Source: a candidate division WOR-3 bacterium
GTDB lineage: Bacteria; Hydrothermota; Tepidihabitantia; Tepidihabitantales; Tepidihabitantaceae
Direction of reading: 5' to 3'
NCBI GenBank assembly: GCA_965649295.1
Contig: CBFGKH010000002.1
Coordinates: forward strand, 160,001-224,000
Length of the DNA stretch: 64,000 bases
Below, piece after piece: positions 60,814-64,000 of this stretch; positions within the stretch are counted from its first letter, which is position 1; each line of letters opens with the position of its first letter. Made by a program: the position numbers and the translations under genes. The notes beneath the pieces are model-generated. The model saw only the letters and a list, made by a program, of their open reading frames with translations, had not been told where the DNA came from and searched no databases.

Positions 60814-60981
60814 ATGCTGTCTCGCCCTTTTGAGTACACTCGCGTGGAGCTGCCGTTCATCGAGTAGCTCAAGGGCATGGGCTGGCAGCACGTGGAGGGC
60901 GATACCTAAGTTCCGGGCCTGAGTCCCAGCGGCAAGGAGAGCTTCCGCGAGGTGTTGCTGGTTGACCGGCTGTTTGGCTAA
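60814..60981 (+). pseudogene. hsdR: 5' remnant of type I restriction subunit
   Basis: EYTRVELPFIE*LKGMGWQHVEGDT*...ESFREVLLVDRL, an HsdR N-terminus with two in-frame stops. Confidence 0.65.
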
Positions 60982-61011
60982 AGCCTGACCGGCTGGCAAC
61001 GAGGCCGGCGG

Positions 61012-62820
61012 TTATGCTGGCTGAGCTTGGGATTCGAGGACTTCGGCGCAGGGAACGCCGTCAACGAGGCTGACCCGCACTGCGGTTGCTGTTTCCCATT
61101 CGGGTTTTGTCCGCAGCCGGGCTAGGGCAGTGCCGACGACTTGGTCAAAGGCTCGGTTGAGCGGCCGGGCACCGTATTCCGGGTCAAACCCCTGTTTGCG
61201 AATGAGCTTGCGGACAGCGTCGTCGAGGACGATGCGGCGGCGGGTCAGTTCGCCAAGGCGCAGTAGCTTCTGGTCAATGAAGCGGGTCATCATCTCGCTG
61301 GTGAGCGGTCGGAAGACAAGGACGCCGTCAAGCCGGCCGAGAAACTCGGCCGGAAACTTCAGTTTGGTGGCGGTGAGAAACTGGCGCACGGCCTCGCTGG
61401 TCGGCTCGGGCCCGAAGCCGCGGACTCGGGTCCATTGTTCGCGCTTGTCGAAGCCGACGTTGCAGGTCATCAGCACGATGTAGGACCCAAGGTGAAGGAC
61501 GTTGCCCTGCAGGTCGGTCATCCGGCCATAGTCGAACGCCTGCAGAAATGCTGTCCAGACCTCTTCGTCGGCCTTCTCGAACTCGTCGAGCAGCAGCACG
61601 CCATAGGGATGGCTGCGCAGTCCGAGGGTGAGCGGCGGCAGGTATTCTGGACTTTCCGGGCTGGGGGTTCCGGGTCGGCCGAGGAGCGAATAGAGCTGTT
61701 TGTGGACCGACATGTCAATGCGAATCAGGTGTTCTTCGCTGCCCATATAGACGCTGGCCAGAGCCTTGGCCAGTTCGGTCTTGCCGACGCCGCTCGGCCC
61801 GGTGCACATAAAGACGGCGAGTGGCCGTTCGGGGTTCAGTTGTACCCGGTTGCGCGTGACCTGCAGCCGGCGGCAGATGGCGGCGATGGCCTCTTCCTGG
61901 CCGAGCACGCGCCGGTTGAGCTCGGCTTCGAGGGCGTCGGCGTGTTCGTCACCGGTGACCCGGCCGGCGTCCGGGATGCCGGTCAGCTCGGCCACGGCCG
62001 TGCGCAGCTCCTGTTCGCCGACGGTCGGCTGCCCGGTTGTGCCGGCCAAGACAAACGCGCCTTCGAGCAGGTCAACGGCCTTGTCCGGCTGGCAGCGAAA
62101 CGGCAGGTATTCGTCGGCCAGTCGTATCGCGGTGCGGGCGAGTTGGGGACGGGCCGTGATGCCAAAGTGGCGTTCGAGCACCCGACATTCGGCCTCAACA
62201 ATCCGTTCGAGCACCGGGCCTTCAGGCGGCAGGATATAGACCGGCTGAAAACGGCGCACCAGCGCGTCCTCGCGGCCGAGCAGGCGGTGAAACTCGGCTG
62301 TGGTCGTTGCGCCGATAATCTTCAGTCGGCCGTCGGCGAGATAGGGCTTGATGACGTTGGAGCTGATTTCAAACCAGCGGATGGTATGGAACTCGTCGAA
62401 GAATAGTACGACCGGAGTCTGGACCGCCTCTTTGAGCAGCCGGGAGAGAAGCCGCATGTAGCTGTTGAACTCCCAGGTGCTGCTATCGGCTGCGCCGTGA
62501 ATCTGCTGAAAGCTGGTGCGGATTACTTTTCGACCCTGCAGCCACTTGGGCACCTGGTTCTGGACAATGCGCCAGGCAAGACAGCGGACAAGAGACGACT
62601 TGCCGACACCGGCGTCGCCAAGAATGACCGGGTTGGCCTTGGTGCGGCGGCCAAGAATCCGTATCAACTGGTCCAGCGCTTCCTCGCGGCCAACCACATC
62701 GTCGGCAGTCAGGTCCTTCACCGCCACCGTCAAGTCCTCGCCGCACTTGTAGAAGACCGAATCATCGGGCAAAGGCTGGGTGGGAAAGAAGGCATCGGCG
62801 AATAGCTCACCGGTAACCAT
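61012..62820 (-). CDS. Divergent ClpA/ClpC-like double AAA+ ATPase lacking the N-domain
   Basis: VVGRE..RRTKANPVILGDAGVGKS, FFDEFH, GATT, RRFQ, PDKAVDL, GPSGVGKT, LDEFEKA, YGARPL; RBS agggag. Confidence 0.85.
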   Translation of the reverse strand: MVTGELFADAFFPTQPLPDDSVFYKCGEDLTVAVKDLTADDVVGREEALDQLIRILGRRTKANPVILGDAGVGKSSLVRCLAWRIVQNQVPKWLQGRKVIRTSFQQIHGAADSSTWEFNSYMRLLSRLLKEAVQTPVVLFFDEFHTIRWFEISSNVIKPYLADGRLKIIGATTTAEFHRLLGREDALVRRFQPVYILPPEGPVLERIVEAECRVLERHFGITARPQLARTAIRLADEYLPFRCQPDKAVDLLEGAFVLAGTTGQPTVGEQELRTAVAELTGIPDAGRVTGDEHADALEAELNRRVLGQEEAIAAICRRLQVTRNRVQLNPERPLAVFMCTGPSGVGKTELAKALASVYMGSEEHLIRIDMSVHKQLYSLLGRPGTPSPESPEYLPPLTLGLRSHPYGVLLLDEFEKADEEVWTAFLQAFDYGRMTDLQGNVLHLGSYIVLMTCNVGFDKREQWTRVRGFGPEPTSEAVRQFLTATKLKFPAEFLGRLDGVLVFRPLTSEMMTRFIDQKLLRLGELTRRRIVLDDAVRKLIRKQGFDPEYGARPLNRAFDQVVGTALARLRTKPEWETATAVRVSLVDGVPCAEVLESQAQPA

Positions 62821-63258
62821 CGTCTGCTCCCTTCTGGCGAGCGGCCGGCAGGAGTGGCCGGAAAGCGCTGATGCTGGCATCGGAACCGACTGCGGCCTTG
62901 ACAATAGCAGTAGCCCGGGCCGCTAATAGGCTGGTGACTTTTGGTCTTTGGTGGTCGCGACTACGGTCTGAGCCGTCACCCTGAAAGGGGACAACCTCGC
63001 GGGCAAAGTCCGGTCGTGCGCCCCGTGTTGTAGCCCCAGAAAGGCCAGAATCGGTGAGAATATCCGTGCTCTCCACTGCCGTCTCCAATCTAGCGCGAAG
63101 TTCAGGGCAGGATAGCAACCGTATAGCCAAGGTCAAGAAAATAATGCCCGAAGTCCCATCTTCATCAACTGCACCCGACCACGAAGGCGAAAGTTAACAT
63201 ACCGGCTACCTCCAGAAGTATAAAGTTAGTACCACTGCCAAAGACGGGCCGGAATGGT

Positions 63259-63596
63259 GTAAAGGATTGTATCTTGGAGCCTTAGACCGAATCGGCCAAA
63301 CTACCCTAGGGCGTCCCGGGGGTCACTCCCCCAGTTGTCCCAGTAGCGGCCTCCCGAGCTACTCTGGCCGTTGCTTGACCGGCTGTTGGTGGAGCTATCC
63401 TTCGAGCTACTGGCCGGGCTGCTTTAGGGGTTGTCTGACCCAGGGTTTGGCGCGCTCTTGGGAGGAGAGTCTCGGGCGCTCTTCGGGGCTGGGCTTGGGC
63501 AGTGGCTTGGGCCGCTCTCTGCTCAGGAGCCTGCCCAGCTCTTTAGCGCTCTCTCCCTTCGGCTCTTCTGTGAGCTGCTCGACACGCGCTCTTAGC
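63259..63596 (+). repeat. 12-bp phased array element, copy C
   Basis: ACCCT-N5-GTCCCGGG anchor (CCCGGG 63315-63320), then 23 units with YY at positions 6-7. Confidence 0.82.
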
Positions 63597-63705
63597 AGCC
63601 TACTGTCTTCTAGTGTTCTTGGCGGGTGAGAGAAGGGCGGCCACTGTCCTTGCGGTGCTGATGGTCTCTGCACTAACCCGAGACAGTTGCCACCCGTTTC
63701 GGCAA

Positions 63706-63779
63706 TGGGCCCGGTCCGGGTCGAACGGACGACCGGCTGATTATGAGTCAGCTGCTCTTACCAACTGAGCTACGGGCCC
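63706..63779 (-). tRNA. tRNA-Ile2 (CAU anticodon; elongator Met not fully excluded)
   Basis: GGGCCCG-TAGCTCAGTTGGTAAGAGC-AGCTGA-CTCATAA-TCAGC...GTTCGA...CGGGCCC-A cloverleaf; no encoded CCA; promoter TTGACC-N17-TACCAT. Confidence 0.9.
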
Positions 63780-63812
63780 GCGGGCAAATGGTAATCAAAA
63801 GGGAGCAGCGGG

Positions 63813-64000
63813 TCAAGGCTGGGTTGGCTTCGTTCGTCTGGCGAGGGCGGTGCGGAAGAAGTGGTTGACGGCGAGGATGTAGAGCCGGCGGGGGACGAGG
63901 TCCCGTGTGATGCGGGCTTGGGTCAGTTCGGAGATTTTGCCGGTGCGGACGAACTCGCTGCCGGCGTCAGCGCAGGCGGCAAGAACTTCCTTGACCGGCA
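63813..64000 (-). CDS. C-terminus of a probable flavodoxin-family protein (partial)
   Basis: Open frame EVLAACADAGSEFVRTGKISELTQARITRDLVPRRLY...* running off the right edge. Confidence 0.45.
   Translation of the reverse strand, partial: PVKEVLAACADAGSEFVRTGKISELTQARITRDLVPRRLYILAVNHFFRTALARRTKPTQP

Noticed and set aside
62933..62955. CtsR-like box upstream of the Clp ATPase
   Set aside because: Only a partial match to the RGTCAAA direct repeat
62975..63016. c-di-GMP-I riboswitch-like words (CCCTGAAAGGGGAC...GCAAAG)
   Set aside because: Spacing is wrong, the upstream GGCAAA element is missing, and it is on the opposite strand to the Clp gene
54150..63779. tRNA-integrated genomic island
   Set aside because: No duplicated tRNA 3' end seen near the left boundary and no integrase in the window

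Overview
GC-rich chromosomal window from a diderm anaerobic bacterium. Many secreted CARDB/Kelch proteins with FlgD/T9SS-like tails suggest the FCB-associated candidate division WOR-3 (inference). Housekeeping content: hisC, recA-recX, mnmA, trmFO, cstA, a TonB receptor, an ECF sigma/anti-sigma pair, an NtrC-type two-component system with two sigma54 promoters, a complete hdrCBA-flxDCBA electron-bifurcation operon, and tRNA-Ile2(CAU). Two defence slots are present. One is an AccI-like type II R-M system inside the remains of a type III mod-res locus. The other is a DUF6361-PLD-helicase (Azaca-like) operon flanked by stubs of a DUF1998-type helicase and hsdR. Most unusual signals: (1) three dispersed copies of an apparently non-coding element, each a conserved leader ending in GTCCCGGG followed by exactly 23 phased, sequence-variable 12-bp units with an invariant pyrimidine at position 6; (2) a secreted protein with an in-frame UGA directly followed by a SECIS-like hairpin, a candidate new selenoprotein; (3) many TTGAC-N16-TANNNT promoters, several apparently leaderless. 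Family assignments come from motif recognition by eye, not database searches.
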